A stretch of 64,000 bases of DNA from an uncultured Eubacteriales bacterium (GCA_949287075.1 CASEEU010000079.1:229-64228), one strand, 5' to 3'; shown: positions 29,591-39,631, counted from the first letter of the stretch. Made by a program: numbers and translations. Notes: a model not told the origin generated them from the sequence alone.

Positions 29591-30892
29591 TTGAGTACAA
29601 AGGAAAAATTAATCAGGCACAAAAAGAAAAATGTTAGATTATTCCCATTATATAAAATGGTATCATGGGATCTATTATTCTATTATCCAATCATATTTTT
29701 ATTCCTGACACAAGTAAAAGGATTTTCACCAGCTCAAGTATTATTTTCTGATGCATTTTACACTTTGTCTAATACATTATGGCAGATACCAGTAACAAGA
29801 CTAGTAGATAGAGTAGGAAAAAAGAATGCATTAATAGTGGGAAATATATTATATACATTAAGCATATTATCTATGATATTTATGCAAGAATATTATGAAT
29901 TATTAATCATTCAATTTATATATGCACTTGGATATTCTATAAAAGGAATTTGTGAAGCAAATATATTATATGATTCATTGCCAAAAGGATATCGAAGAGG
30001 AAAAATATTTTCAAAAATAGATGGAAAATCTACATCATATTTTTATATATTTGAAGCCATTGCTTCTGCAACAGCAGGATTTACATTTGTTATCAATGGT
30101 TATATTCCAATGATTTTATGTTTTATATGTTGTACAATTGCAACTATTTTATCATTTAAATTTAGACATACAGCTATTGTACAGAATAAAGTAGAACCAA
30201 TTAAATTTATAGAATATATGACACAATTAAAAACTTCTTTTACATATTTTCTAAAATCTAAAAGAATTCGCTCGCTAATTATGTTTAATGCATTATTAAT
30301 GGGGACAATAACAGCAATTGTTAATTTAAGAAGTAGTATATTAGAAGAAATACAAGTTCCTGAACAGTATTTTGGTGTTATATTTGCCATATTACAAATT
30401 ATAGCAGCAATTTCTACTAGAAATACTGAAAAAATACAAGAGAACTTTAGAAATAAAACATTAGCATGGCTAGGAATTCCTATGGTAATGTCTTGCATTG
30501 TAATAGGATTTATTGGACAAGATCCATTATCAAAGTCATCATTAATATTAATTGTTATGTTATTTGCTATTCAATATGCAATAAAAGGACCATATGTAGG
30601 TTTAATGACAAGATATCTAAATAATTTTACCAATCGAAGTATAAGACCTAAAATATCAGCTTTGCGATATTTGACAGCAAATTTAGCAACAGCTATTTTA
30701 TCATTGATATCTTCTGGATTATTAGCAATAACAACAACTGCAAATACGTTTATTATAGTAGGTTGTATAACTACAATTAGTGTAGTATTATTGTTAGATT
30801 ATATGAGAGATAAAGTGGGATTGAAACCAGAAGAATATAGTGAAGAAGATATACAATATAGTATCAATAGACCAGAAAAAGGAAAAGAATAA
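29591..30892 (+). CDS. MFS transporter
   Basis: About 12 TM helices; motif A-like VDRVGKKNAL; TTG start with RBS gggag. Confidence 0.8.
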   Translation: MSTKEKLIRHKKKNVRLFPLYKMVSWDLLFYYPIIFLFLTQVKGFSPAQVLFSDAFYTLSNTLWQIPVTRLVDRVGKKNALIVGNILYTLSILSMIFMQEYYELLIIQFIYALGYSIKGICEANILYDSLPKGYRRGKIFSKIDGKSTSYFYIFEAIASATAGFTFVINGYIPMILCFICCTIATILSFKFRHTAIVQNKVEPIKFIEYMTQLKTSFTYFLKSKRIRSLIMFNALLMGTITAIVNLRSSILEEIQVPEQYFGVIFAILQIIAAISTRNTEKIQENFRNKTLAWLGIPMVMSCIVIGFIGQDPLSKSSLILIVMLFAIQYAIKGPYVGLMTRYLNNFTNRSIRPKISALRYLTANLATAILSLISSGLLAITTTANTFIIVGCITTISVVLLLDYMRDKVGLKPEEYSEEDIQYSINRPEKGKE

Positions 30893-30905
30893 TTTGATGA
30901 TTCTG

Positions 30906-31088
30906 TTCAATGTCCGTTTCCTAAAAGGTATATATATTATATTTTTCGCTATCCCAACACTTTACATATTCTAATGAAATCAGCTCCCACGGGACTGTCG
31001 CTGATTTCATAAGAGTATGTAGCGTGTCGGTCCCCACGAAACCCGCTTAAAATATAATATATATACCTTTTAGGAAACGGACATTGAA
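30906..31088. repeat. 183-bp palindromic element with 40-bp perfect terminal inverted repeats (MITE/REP-like)
   Basis: 30906-30945 is the exact reverse complement of 31049-31088; inner stem tacatattct.atgaaatcagc / gctgatttcat.agagtatgta. Confidence 0.8.
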
Positions 31089-31117
31089 AACAATTTGAAG
31101 AATAAATTAAGAATTTA

Positions 31118-31146
31118 TTGAAAAATGGGTGAAGATATGATAAAAT
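31118..31146 (+). promoter_or_regulatory. sigmaA promoter of the ABC-F gene, giving a ~250-nt leader
   Basis: TTGAAA-N17-TAAAAT with extended -10 TG. Confidence 0.6.
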
Positions 31147-31366
31147 AAAAAATGAATTAGAGAGAAAGGTTAAAATGGTGGTAAGATGATTATTATTAAT
31201 AAACTAGAAAATATAAAATAAGATGACAATCATATTTTAGAATGGTTTATTAATAATGCAAATTTTAAAGAACTATATGTAAAAACTACCAAATTAATGT
31301 GTAGAAATATAACAGATATAAAAATATAAATGCGAAAATTAGATGAGATTAAAAATAATAGATAAT

Positions 31367-31402
31367 AAACTCCTTCTTTAATATGATTTAAAGGAGGAGT
31401 TT
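31367..31402 (+). promoter_or_regulatory. RBS-sequestering hairpin (attenuator-like)
   Basis: aaactccttcttta pairs with taaaggaggagttt, which contains the SD aggagg. Confidence 0.75.
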
Positions 31403-31404
31403 TT

Positions 31405-32991
31405 ATGGTATTAGAATTAAAAAATATATCAAAATATTATGGTGATAGAAAGATATTAGAAATTGAAAATCTAAAAGTATATGAAAATGAAAAAATAGGA
31501 ATTGTAGGGCAAAACGGATCAGGAAAAACGACATTGTTAAATATGATAGCAGGAAGAATACAACCAGATACAGGAGAAATTGTTCATAAACAAAATATCA
31601 TATATATGGAGCAATTTGAAGAAATTAATGATCAAAATAAGGATTTAAGTGGTGGAGAAAAAAAGAAAGAAACGTTTCATAAAAAAGTACTGAACCAAAA
31701 TGGAATTTTATTATTAGATGAACCATCAAGTAATTTAGATAGGAATGGAATCAGTCATATTGAAAAAGAATTAAAAAAATATCAAGGAACCATACTAATC
31801 ATATCTCATGATAGAAGTCTATTAGACGAATTTTGTTCAGCAATTATTGAAATAAAAGATGGGAAAGTCAAAAGATATGAAGGTAATTATTCAAAATATA
31901 AATTACAAAAAGAGGCAGAAATAAAAAGAGAAGAATTTGAATATATGCAATATATCAATGAAAAACAGAGGCTAGAAAAAGCAATTCATGTTTCAAAAAA
32001 TACAGCAAAAGAAGTCAGAAAAACGCCAAAGCGTATGGGGAATTCTGAAGCAAGACTGCATAAAAGAGGTGTTGAAAATATAAGAGAAAAATTGGAAGGA
32101 CATACCAATGCCTTACAAACAAGATTAGATAAGTTAGAAGTAAAAGAAAAACCACAAAACAATCAAAAAATATATATGAAATATCAAACTGATGAGAGAG
32201 TAAAAAATAAAATTGCAGTAAATATTGAAAATTTAAATATAAAATTAGGAGATAAACTGTTATTTGAAAATGCAAGTTTTGTTGTCAAAACTAACAGAAA
32301 AACAGCTTTAATAGGAGAAAATGGAGCAGGAAAAACAACACTTATAAACCAAATTATAAATGGCAATTACCATATTAAAGTAAATTCGAATATGAAAATA
32401 GGATATTTTTCACAAGACTTTACAAATTTAGATTTTACTAGAACGGTGTTACAAAATGTGATGCAAGATACCAATCAATCAGAAATGATTGTAAAAAATA
32501 TATTAGCAAATCTTTTATTTAAAGATAAAGATTTAGAAAAAAAGATAGAAGATTTAAGTGGAGGAGAACGTGTAAAAGTATCGATTGCCAAGATTTTGGT
32601 ATCAGATAACAATTTACTGATATTAGATGAACCTACTAATTTCTTGGATATAGAATCTATTGAAAGTTTAGAAAATTTGTTAAAAGAATATAATGGAACG
32701 ATTTTATTTGTTACACATGATAAAACATTTATTGATCATATTGCAACAGATATTTTAGTGATAAAAAATCATAAAATCGTAGAATATGAAGGAAATTATT
32801 CTTCTTATTTACAATATGAAAAAGAAAGAAGTAAAAAGCAAAAAAGTAAAAATGAAAATGATAAACTCTTATTAGATTTTAAATTATCACAGATTACTTC
32901 GGAATTAGCAACAACAAAAGATGAAAAAAGAAAAAAAGAACTAGAAGAAGAATTTGATGAACTAATAAAATTAAAACATTTGACGAAATAA
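31405..32991 (+). CDS. ABC-F ribosomal protection-type ATPase (Msr/Vga/VmlR/CplR-like)
   Basis: Two NBDs (GQNGSGKTT, GENGAGKTT, LDEP twice), no TM; short first NBD; long linker KRMGNSEARLHKRG. Confidence 0.8.
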   Translation: MVLELKNISKYYGDRKILEIENLKVYENEKIGIVGQNGSGKTTLLNMIAGRIQPDTGEIVHKQNIIYMEQFEEINDQNKDLSGGEKKKETFHKKVLNQNGILLLDEPSSNLDRNGISHIEKELKKYQGTILIISHDRSLLDEFCSAIIEIKDGKVKRYEGNYSKYKLQKEAEIKREEFEYMQYINEKQRLEKAIHVSKNTAKEVRKTPKRMGNSEARLHKRGVENIREKLEGHTNALQTRLDKLEVKEKPQNNQKIYMKYQTDERVKNKIAVNIENLNIKLGDKLLFENASFVVKTNRKTALIGENGAGKTTLINQIINGNYHIKVNSNMKIGYFSQDFTNLDFTRTVLQNVMQDTNQSEMIVKNILANLLFKDKDLEKKIEDLSGGERVKVSIAKILVSDNNLLILDEPTNFLDIESIESLENLLKEYNGTILFVTHDKTFIDHIATDILVIKNHKIVEYEGNYSSYLQYEKERSKKQKSKNENDKLLLDFKLSQITSELATTKDEKRKKELEEEFDELIKLKHLTK

Positions 32992-33008
32992 ATAAAAATT
33001 CGTATAAT
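32980..33008 (+). promoter_or_regulatory. sigmaA promoter of the two-component system
   Basis: TTGACG-N17-TATAAT. Confidence 0.7.
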
Positions 33009-33047
33009 AGCAATAAAGTACAAATAATAAATAGAGGAAAAAGAAAT

Positions 33048-33719
33048 ATGAGTAAAATATTAATTGTTGAAGATGATAAAAAATTAAGACAAGAATTAGA
33101 AACATTTCTAAATAAGAATGGATTTGAAGCAAAAGGCTTAGAAAATTTTGATAATACGATACAAGATATATTAGAGGAAAAAGCAGATTTGGTATTATTA
33201 GATATTAATTTGCCATATACAGATGGAGAATTTGTCTGCAAAGAAGTAAGAAAAGTATCTAATGTTCCAATTATCATGATAACAAGTAGAGATAATGAGA
33301 TTGATGAATTAATGAGTTTAAATTATGGAGCAGATCAATATGTTACAAAACCATATAATATACAAATATTACTTGCAAAAATAAATGGTTTATTAAAAAG
33401 AAATCAAAATGCAGGAAGAAATCCAGAAAAAATTGATTGTAATGGTTTTGCATTAAATATAGCAGAAAGAGTTATAGAAAAAGATAATCAAAAAATGGAT
33501 TTAACAAAAAATGAATATACAATTTTATATTATTTAAGCATTCATAAAAATGAAGTTGTGTCAAGAGATGAAATCATGGATTACTTATGGGAAAGTGAAG
33601 AATTTATTGATGATAATACATTAAATGTCAATATAAGAAGACTAAGAACGAAATTAGAGGAATTAGGATTACAAGATAGGATAGAAACCAAAAGAGGACA
33701 GGGGTATGTATTAAAATGA
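33048..33719 (+). CDS. OmpR-family response regulator (BceR/GraR-like)
   Basis: LIVEDD, LLDINLP, DQYVTKPY, IETKRGQGY. Confidence 0.92.
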   Translation: MSKILIVEDDKKLRQELETFLNKNGFEAKGLENFDNTIQDILEEKADLVLLDINLPYTDGEFVCKEVRKVSNVPIIMITSRDNEIDELMSLNYGADQYVTKPYNIQILLAKINGLLKRNQNAGRNPEKIDCNGFALNIAERVIEKDNQKMDLTKNEYTILYYLSIHKNEVVSRDEIMDYLWESEEFIDDNTLNVNIRRLRTKLEELGLQDRIETKRGQGYVLK

Positions 33720-34732
33720 AATTTAAAGATTTTATAAAAGATAAAATGTTATTAATTGTAAGTGTCATATTAGCATTAATTAGTATAGAAGTATTATTAC
33801 TTGTTTATCAAATTGGAATCATTGCACAAATCTACATAGCTGCTATTATCATTATCGTCATAGTGATTTCTATATTGGTGGAGTATAAAAAGAAACAACA
33901 TTTTTATCATCATTTAAAAAACAATATGGAAGAATTACATGAAAAGTATTTGATTTCTGAAATTATTAAAAGTCCTAATTTTGTAGAAGGCAAAATTTTA
34001 AAAGAAGTCATGCAAGATGCAGGAAAATCTATGCTTGAAAATGTGAATGATTATAAACGCATTCAGGAAGAATATAAAGAATATATAGAATTATGGATTC
34101 ATGAAGTCAAAATACCGATTGCAGCAAGTAAAATGATTATTGAAAATCATAAAAATGAAGTCACCAAAAGTATAGATGAAGAATTAGACAAAGTAGAAAA
34201 CTATACAGAACAAGCATTATTTTATGCAAGAAGCAATGCAGTTGAGAAAGACTATATCATTACGAAAACCAACTTAAAAGAAATTGTAAATGGTGCGATA
34301 TTAAAAAATAAAAGTACATTATTAAATGAAAAAGTAGCATTGGAATTAAAAGATTTAGAGCAAGAAATTTATACAGATAGTAAATGGGCAACATTTATTA
34401 TTAACCAAATTATACAAAATGCGATTAAGTATTCTAAAGAAGAAAATAAGAAAATAGAAATATTTGCAAAATCAAAAAATGATAAAGTGATTTTATATAT
34501 ACAAGATAATGGAATAGGAATCAAAAAAGGAGAAATTACAAGAGTATTTGAAAGAGGTTTTACTGGAGAAAATGGAAGATTAATAGGACAAAAATCTACT
34601 GGAATTGGTTTATATTTATGCAAAAAATTATGTGATAAATTAAGTCTTGGCATAGAACTGAATTCTGAAAAAGATAAAGGAACAGAAGTAAGGATTATAT
34701 TTCCTAAAAATAGTTATACGAATTTGAAGTAG
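33716..34732 (+). CDS. Intramembrane-sensing histidine kinase (BceS/GraS-like)
   Basis: Two close TMs without a sensor loop; WIHEVKIPIAA, QIIQNAIKYS, FERGFTG, STGIGLY. Confidence 0.9.
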   Translation: MKFKDFIKDKMLLIVSVILALISIEVLLLVYQIGIIAQIYIAAIIIIVIVISILVEYKKKQHFYHHLKNNMEELHEKYLISEIIKSPNFVEGKILKEVMQDAGKSMLENVNDYKRIQEEYKEYIELWIHEVKIPIAASKMIIENHKNEVTKSIDEELDKVENYTEQALFYARSNAVEKDYIITKTNLKEIVNGAILKNKSTLLNEKVALELKDLEQEIYTDSKWATFIINQIIQNAIKYSKEENKKIEIFAKSKNDKVILYIQDNGIGIKKGEITRVFERGFTGENGRLIGQKSTGIGLYLCKKLCDKLSLGIELNSEKDKGTEVRIIFPKNSYTNLK

Positions 34733-34764
34733 TTGAAAAATAGATTTTTAAATTGTATATATTT

Positions 34765-34797
34765 AAAAGGTAAGATACAAAAAATATCTTACCTTTT
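34765..34797 (+). terminator. Terminator after the kinase
   Basis: 13-bp stem aaaaggtaagata / tatcttacctttt. Confidence 0.75.
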
Positions 34798-34842
34798 CTT
34801 CTTTATATATAGAAATTTCTGATTTGGTTTATGCACAATTAC

Positions 34843-34869
34843 CTTACAAAAATGTAAGATAAATGTAAG
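34843..34869 (+). promoter_or_regulatory. BceR-type binding site upstream of the ABC ATPase
   Basis: CTTACA-N4-TGTAAG plus an extra TGTAAG half-site 11 bp later; TATAAT at 34902. Confidence 0.72.
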
Positions 34870-34943
34870 ATTAAACAATGGAAAGAAAACAGAATAAGCC
34901 GTATAATAGACATAGAATAAAAGATAAATGGAGGGTTATATAT

Positions 34944-35711
34944 ATGAGTCATGTATTAGAAGTGAAAAACATAGAAAAATACTATGGAAACAAATCCAAT
35001 TTAACAAAAGCCATTGCAGGGATTAGCTTTAATATAGAGACAGGAGAATTTGTTGGAATCATGGGAGCATCAGGATCAGGAAAAACGACTCTTTTAAATT
35101 GCATTTCAACAATTGACAGAGTAACAGCAGGAAACATTATTATTAACAATCAAGATATCACAAAATTAAAAGGAAACAAATTAAACAAATTTAGAAGAGA
35201 AGAACTAGGTTTTATATTCCAAGATTTTAATTTATTAGATACATTAACTGCTTATGAAAACATAGCATTAGCATTAACCATTCAAAAAGTAAATGTTCAT
35301 GAAATTGATAAAAGGGTAAAAGAAGTAGCAGAAAAATTAGAAATATCAGATATTTTAAATAAATATCCATATCAAATATCAGGAGGACAAAAACAAAGAG
35401 TAGCATCAGCAAGAGCAATTATTACAAATCCAAAAATGGTCTTGGCAGATGAACCAACAGGAGCATTAGACTCAAAGTCAGCTAGACAACTACTAGAAAC
35501 ATTTGAACACTTAAATAAAAAATTAGGAGCAACCATTTTAATGGTTACGCATGATGCCTTTACAGCAAGTTATGCAGATAGAATTATCTTTATTAAAGAT
35601 GGAAAAGTTTTTAATGAACTTGTAAAGGGAGAAGATACTAGAAAACAATTCTTTGAAAAGATAATTGAAGTACAAACACTTCTTGGAGGTGATTTGAACG
35701 ATGTTATTTAA
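34944..35711 (+). CDS. BceA-like ABC ATPase; start re-called to 34944
   Basis: GASGSGKTT, GFIFQDFNLLD, SGGQKQR, ADEPTGALDS; RBS ggagg. Confidence 0.92.
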   Translation: MSHVLEVKNIEKYYGNKSNLTKAIAGISFNIETGEFVGIMGASGSGKTTLLNCISTIDRVTAGNIIINNQDITKLKGNKLNKFRREELGFIFQDFNLLDTLTAYENIALALTIQKVNVHEIDKRVKEVAEKLEISDILNKYPYQISGGQKQRVASARAIITNPKMVLADEPTGALDSKSARQLLETFEHLNKKLGATILMVTHDAFTASYADRIIFIKDGKVFNELVKGEDTRKQFFEKIIEVQTLLGGDLNDVI

Positions 35712-37797
35712 ATTATCTGTTAAAAACATGAAAAAGAGTTTTAAAGATTATGCGATATATTTTTTAACATTAGTATTAGGTGTCGCCATCTTTTATATGT
35801 TTAACTCTTTAGATAGTCAACAAGCTATGTTAGAAGTGTCTCAATCCACGAGAGAGATGATACAACTTATGATTAGCATGTTAGGAATGGTATCTGTATT
35901 TATTGCTATTGTACTTGGATTTTTAATCGTATATGCCAATAACTTTTTGATCAATAGAAGAAAAAGAGAATTTGGTATTTATATGACCTTGGGTATGGGA
36001 AGAACACAAATATCAAAAATTATATTAATAGAAACCATATTAGTAGGAATCATTTCTTTAATTGTTGGTATTTTTATAGGTGTATTTGGTTCTCAATTTA
36101 TGTCTATACTAGTAGCCAAACTTTTTGAAGCAGATATGAGTGAATTCACTTTTGTGTTTTCAAAAGATGCTTGCATTAAAACTTGTATCTATTTTGCAGT
36201 TATGTATATAGCTGTTATGATATTTAATACACTTACGATTTCAAGATACAAATTAATTAATTTATTGACAGCTGTTAGAAAAAATGAAAAAGTAAAAATT
36301 AAAAATCCAATCATCTCTATTATTATATTCTTAATTTCAACAGGATTACTAGGATATGCCTATTATTTAGTAACAGGAGGCGTTTATGAATTAAATACAG
36401 AAGAAAAAATGTTGGTACCAATTTTGATGGGAATTGTAGGAACAATAGGTGTGTTCTGGTCTTTATCAGGATTTATATTAAGAATCATACAAACCAGAAA
36501 AAAGATATATCTAAAAGGAACCAATATGTTTGTATTAAGACAATTAAATAATAAAATTAATACAACCGTTATGAGTATGTCTGTTATTTGTCTAATGCTA
36601 TTTATGACCATTAGTGTATTATCTAGCAGTTTATCGATACAAAATTCATTGGATTCAGAATTAGAAGAAATGACACCAGTAGATGTCAATTTATATAAAA
36701 CAGCGAATTTACCAGAAAGCTATGAGGATTCCTATACAGGTCAGATGATATATACTACAGAAGAACAAAGAGAAGATTCAAAACAACCAGTTAGTTACAC
36801 ATTAGAAACCAATGGATATGATATGAATACCTTAAAAGATGTGATAGAAATTCCTATTTATGCAATTCCTGAATGGACTTTAGCATATAGCTTAGGAGAT
36901 TATTATGAACAAGCAAAAGTGCAATTTTCAATGCTTATGTATGATACACCAGAAGAAGTTATAAAAGTTTCTGATTATAATAAAATTGCAGAACTTTATG
37001 GACAAGAACAGTATAGTTTAAATGATGATGAATATATTGTACTTTGTGATTTTGATAACATGACAGAATTAAGGAATCAAGCCTTAAAAGAAAATGAAAC
37101 TATAGAAATTGAGGGAAAAACTTTACATGCAAAATACAATGAATGTAAAAGTGGATTTATCGAAATGTCTACAAGTCATGTAAACACAGGAATCATGTTA
37201 GTTCCAGATAGTTTGGAGTTAAAAGAAGAATGGAAAGAAGAACAATTTCTAGTAGCAAATTATAATGCTGAAACAGATGAAGAAAAAGAACAAATAGAAA
37301 AAACATTTGCAGAAGCAGATAATAATACACTATTGAACAATTTAGATCAAAAAGGTATAGAGATAGATGGAATGACAAAAATTAGTATAAGAGAAGCAAG
37401 TAAAGGATTAGCAACGATTATCATATTTATAGCAATTTACTTAGGCGTTATTTTCTTAATTGCAAGTTCTGCTATTTTAGCATTAAAACAATTAACAGAA
37501 AGTTCAGATAACAAACAAAGATATACTATTTTAAGAAAAATTGGTTGTGATGAAAAGATGATCAATCAAGCATTGTTTAGACAAATATTTATATTTTTTA
37601 TGTTGCCATTAGCGCTTGCTATTATACATTCTATATTTGGAATTAAATTTATATTATCTATGATGGCTTCACTAGCATCAGAGGAAGAATTGTTACCATC
37701 TATTATTGTAACAACACTTATTATCGGTATTATCTATGGATTATATTTCTTAGCGACATATTTAGGAAGTAAAAACATAATTAAAGAGGAGGAATAA
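35701..37797 (+). CDS. BceB-like FtsX-domain permease
   Basis: About 10 TMs, RRKREFGIYMTLGM, large extracellular domain, RYTILRKIG. Confidence 0.9.
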   Translation: MLFKLSVKNMKKSFKDYAIYFLTLVLGVAIFYMFNSLDSQQAMLEVSQSTREMIQLMISMLGMVSVFIAIVLGFLIVYANNFLINRRKREFGIYMTLGMGRTQISKIILIETILVGIISLIVGIFIGVFGSQFMSILVAKLFEADMSEFTFVFSKDACIKTCIYFAVMYIAVMIFNTLTISRYKLINLLTAVRKNEKVKIKNPIISIIIFLISTGLLGYAYYLVTGGVYELNTEEKMLVPILMGIVGTIGVFWSLSGFILRIIQTRKKIYLKGTNMFVLRQLNNKINTTVMSMSVICLMLFMTISVLSSSLSIQNSLDSELEEMTPVDVNLYKTANLPESYEDSYTGQMIYTTEEQREDSKQPVSYTLETNGYDMNTLKDVIEIPIYAIPEWTLAYSLGDYYEQAKVQFSMLMYDTPEEVIKVSDYNKIAELYGQEQYSLNDDEYIVLCDFDNMTELRNQALKENETIEIEGKTLHAKYNECKSGFIEMSTSHVNTGIMLVPDSLELKEEWKEEQFLVANYNAETDEEKEQIEKTFAEADNNTLLNNLDQKGIEIDGMTKISIREASKGLATIIIFIAIYLGVIFLIASSAILALKQLTESSDNKQRYTILRKIGCDEKMINQALFRQIFIFFMLPLALAIIHSIFGIKFILSMMASLASEEELLPSIIVTTLIIGIIYGLYFLATYLGSKNIIKEEE

Positions 37798-37801
37798 ATC
37801 T

Positions 37802-38293
37802 ATGTTGGGATTGTTTAAATTAATTCTACTAGCCATTGTAGGAATTATAATTGCAGGTATAGTATTCTTCTCTAATATTTTTTATGATGGTACTATTTCA
37901 AAAGATGGTATTGTGAATACTTATAATCATTTTTTACAAGACACCTCGGTTAATGGACTTACAAGAGATAACAAATTAGAAGGAAAAAGAAAATTTGGAA
38001 TTGATGAATATGTAGGAACTTATAAGGCAAATTACAACAATAAAACAAAAGAAGAAACAATATTTGGAGGAACAGTTTTAGATAGAGAAAATGGAAATAC
38101 AATAACATTAAGGATAAAAGTAGAAAAGCAAAGTGGTAGTATTGAGGTTGTTAGTAATCCAGGAACTGAAAGTGAAGTTTTGATAAGTGATACCGGAGAA
38201 GTTGAAAAAACTATTGATATTAAAGAAAAGAGCTACTATTTGAAAATTAAAGTTACAGATTTTACTGGAAATGTAGAAATAGTAGCAGAATAG
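37802..38293 (+). CDS. Hypothetical membrane-anchored protein
   Basis: N-terminal hydrophobic helix; in the Bce-like operon. Confidence 0.7.
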   Translation: MLGLFKLILLAIVGIIIAGIVFFSNIFYDGTISKDGIVNTYNHFLQDTSVNGLTRDNKLEGKRKFGIDEYVGTYKANYNNKTKEETIFGGTVLDRENGNTITLRIKVEKQSGSIEVVSNPGTESEVLISDTGEVEKTIDIKEKSYYLKIKVTDFTGNVEIVAE

Positions 38294-38305
38294 GAGAATT
38301 TAAAA

Positions 38306-38659
38306 ATGGAAGATTTTAAAGAAAAATTACCAATTATGATTGCAGTAATGATTGTGATTGTTCTGATGATTGGAGCATATTACTTTTTAGTAGTACATAA
38401 AGACCAATATTATACGCAAATAGATAATACGAAAATGGAAGAGATTTCTGGAACAGATGATATGAAATACCAATATACATTAACAGCTTACAATAAAAAT
38501 GGAAAAGAAAAAGAAGTACAATTTAAAACTAGTAGAGAATTAAGAGAAGGAGCATATTTAGAATTAGATGTAATGCAAATGAGAGGAGTAGTAAAGTGGA
38601 GAGAAGTTCAAGCAGATGACTTACCAGATGATGTTAAAATAGCAATGAATGTAGAATAG
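38306..38659 (+). CDS. YxeA-family (DUF1093) protein
   Basis: TM followed by YQYTLTAYNKNGKEKEVQF...LREGAYLEL...W.EV. Confidence 0.75.
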   Translation: MEDFKEKLPIMIAVMIVIVLMIGAYYFLVVHKDQYYTQIDNTKMEEISGTDDMKYQYTLTAYNKNGKEKEVQFKTSRELREGAYLELDVMQMRGVVKWREVQADDLPDDVKIAMNVE

Positions 38660-38696
38660 AAGTAGCAAAATAGGGAGAAAGAAATGAGGTGGTAAA

Positions 38697-39392
38697 GTGA
38701 AAGGATTTTTTAAAGTTGTGGTTTTGGTAGTATTAATTTTATTAAGTATTGCTCTATTGTTTGTAGGAAATGGATATACTATGTATAAAGAGGCAATAGA
38801 GAGTATACCGCTAGAAGAAAAAGTAAATCAAATACGAGAAAAAGAAAATTACACAAAACTTTCAGAATTACCACAAATCTATATAGATGCAGTTGTTAGT
38901 GTAGAAGATCATAGATTTTATCAACATCCAGGAATTGATGTGATTGCAATTGGAAGAGCATTTATCAATGATATCAAAGCAATGCGTTATGTAGAAGGCG
39001 GAAGTACAATTACACAACAATTGGCAAAAAACATCTATTTTACCCAAAAAAAGAAAATGACTAGAAAGATTGCAGAAATGTTTATGGCATTTCAAATAGA
39101 GAGAAATTTAAGCAAGGAAGAAATCTTAGAATTATATTTAAATACTAGTTATTTTGGAGATGGATATGATACCGTAAAAGAAGCATCAAAAGGTTATTTT
39201 GGAAAAGAACCCAATGAAATGACAGATGGAGAATGCGTGATGCTTGCAGGAATACCAAATGCGCCAAGTGTTTATGCACCAACTGTCAATCCAGATCTGG
39301 CAAAGCAAAGACAAAAACAAGTATTAGATAAAATGGTTAAATATGAATATTTAACACAAGAAGAAGCAGACACAATATATGAAGAAAAATAA
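38697..39392 (+). CDS. Monofunctional peptidoglycan transglycosylase (GT51)
   Basis: EDHRFYQH, GGSTITQQLAKN, RKIAE, KEEILELYLN; GTG start. Confidence 0.92.
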   Translation: MKGFFKVVVLVVLILLSIALLFVGNGYTMYKEAIESIPLEEKVNQIREKENYTKLSELPQIYIDAVVSVEDHRFYQHPGIDVIAIGRAFINDIKAMRYVEGGSTITQQLAKNIYFTQKKKMTRKIAEMFMAFQIERNLSKEEILELYLNTSYFGDGYDTVKEASKGYFGKEPNEMTDGECVMLAGIPNAPSVYAPTVNPDLAKQRQKQVLDKMVKYEYLTQEEADTIYEEK

Positions 39393-39398
39393 TGTATG

Positions 39399-39431
39399 AA
39401 AGAAGATATATGTTTGTATATCTTCTTTTTT
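39399..39431 (+). terminator. Terminator
   Basis: 12-bp stem aaagaagatata / tatatcttcttt with T tail. Confidence 0.75.
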
Positions 39432-39449
39432 AATAAGGAGTGAGTCCTA

Positions 39450-39586
39450 ACTATATGTTTATTATTTTTTACACCTTGTGTGTCGCAACTTTCATAATAT
39501 AAAAGGATAATCGAAAGTTGCTCCAATCGCACTCACTTCGTTCGTTTGGTCGCTTACGCGGTGTTGCAAAATAATAAACATATAGT
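39450..39586. repeat. 137-bp palindromic REP-like element
   Basis: 19-bp perfect IR actatatgtttattatttt / aaaataataaacatatagt; inner gcaactttc / gaaagttgc; GC-richer core cgcactcacttcgttcg. Confidence 0.7.
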
Positions 39587-39631
39587 CAGAATTTATTAAC
39601 ACTATATTTATTGAAAAACAGTAAAAAAATA

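Noticed and set aside
30890-39600. Integron, prophage or IS explanation for the resistance block
   Set aside because: No integrase, transposase, phage gene or target-site duplication is present in the window
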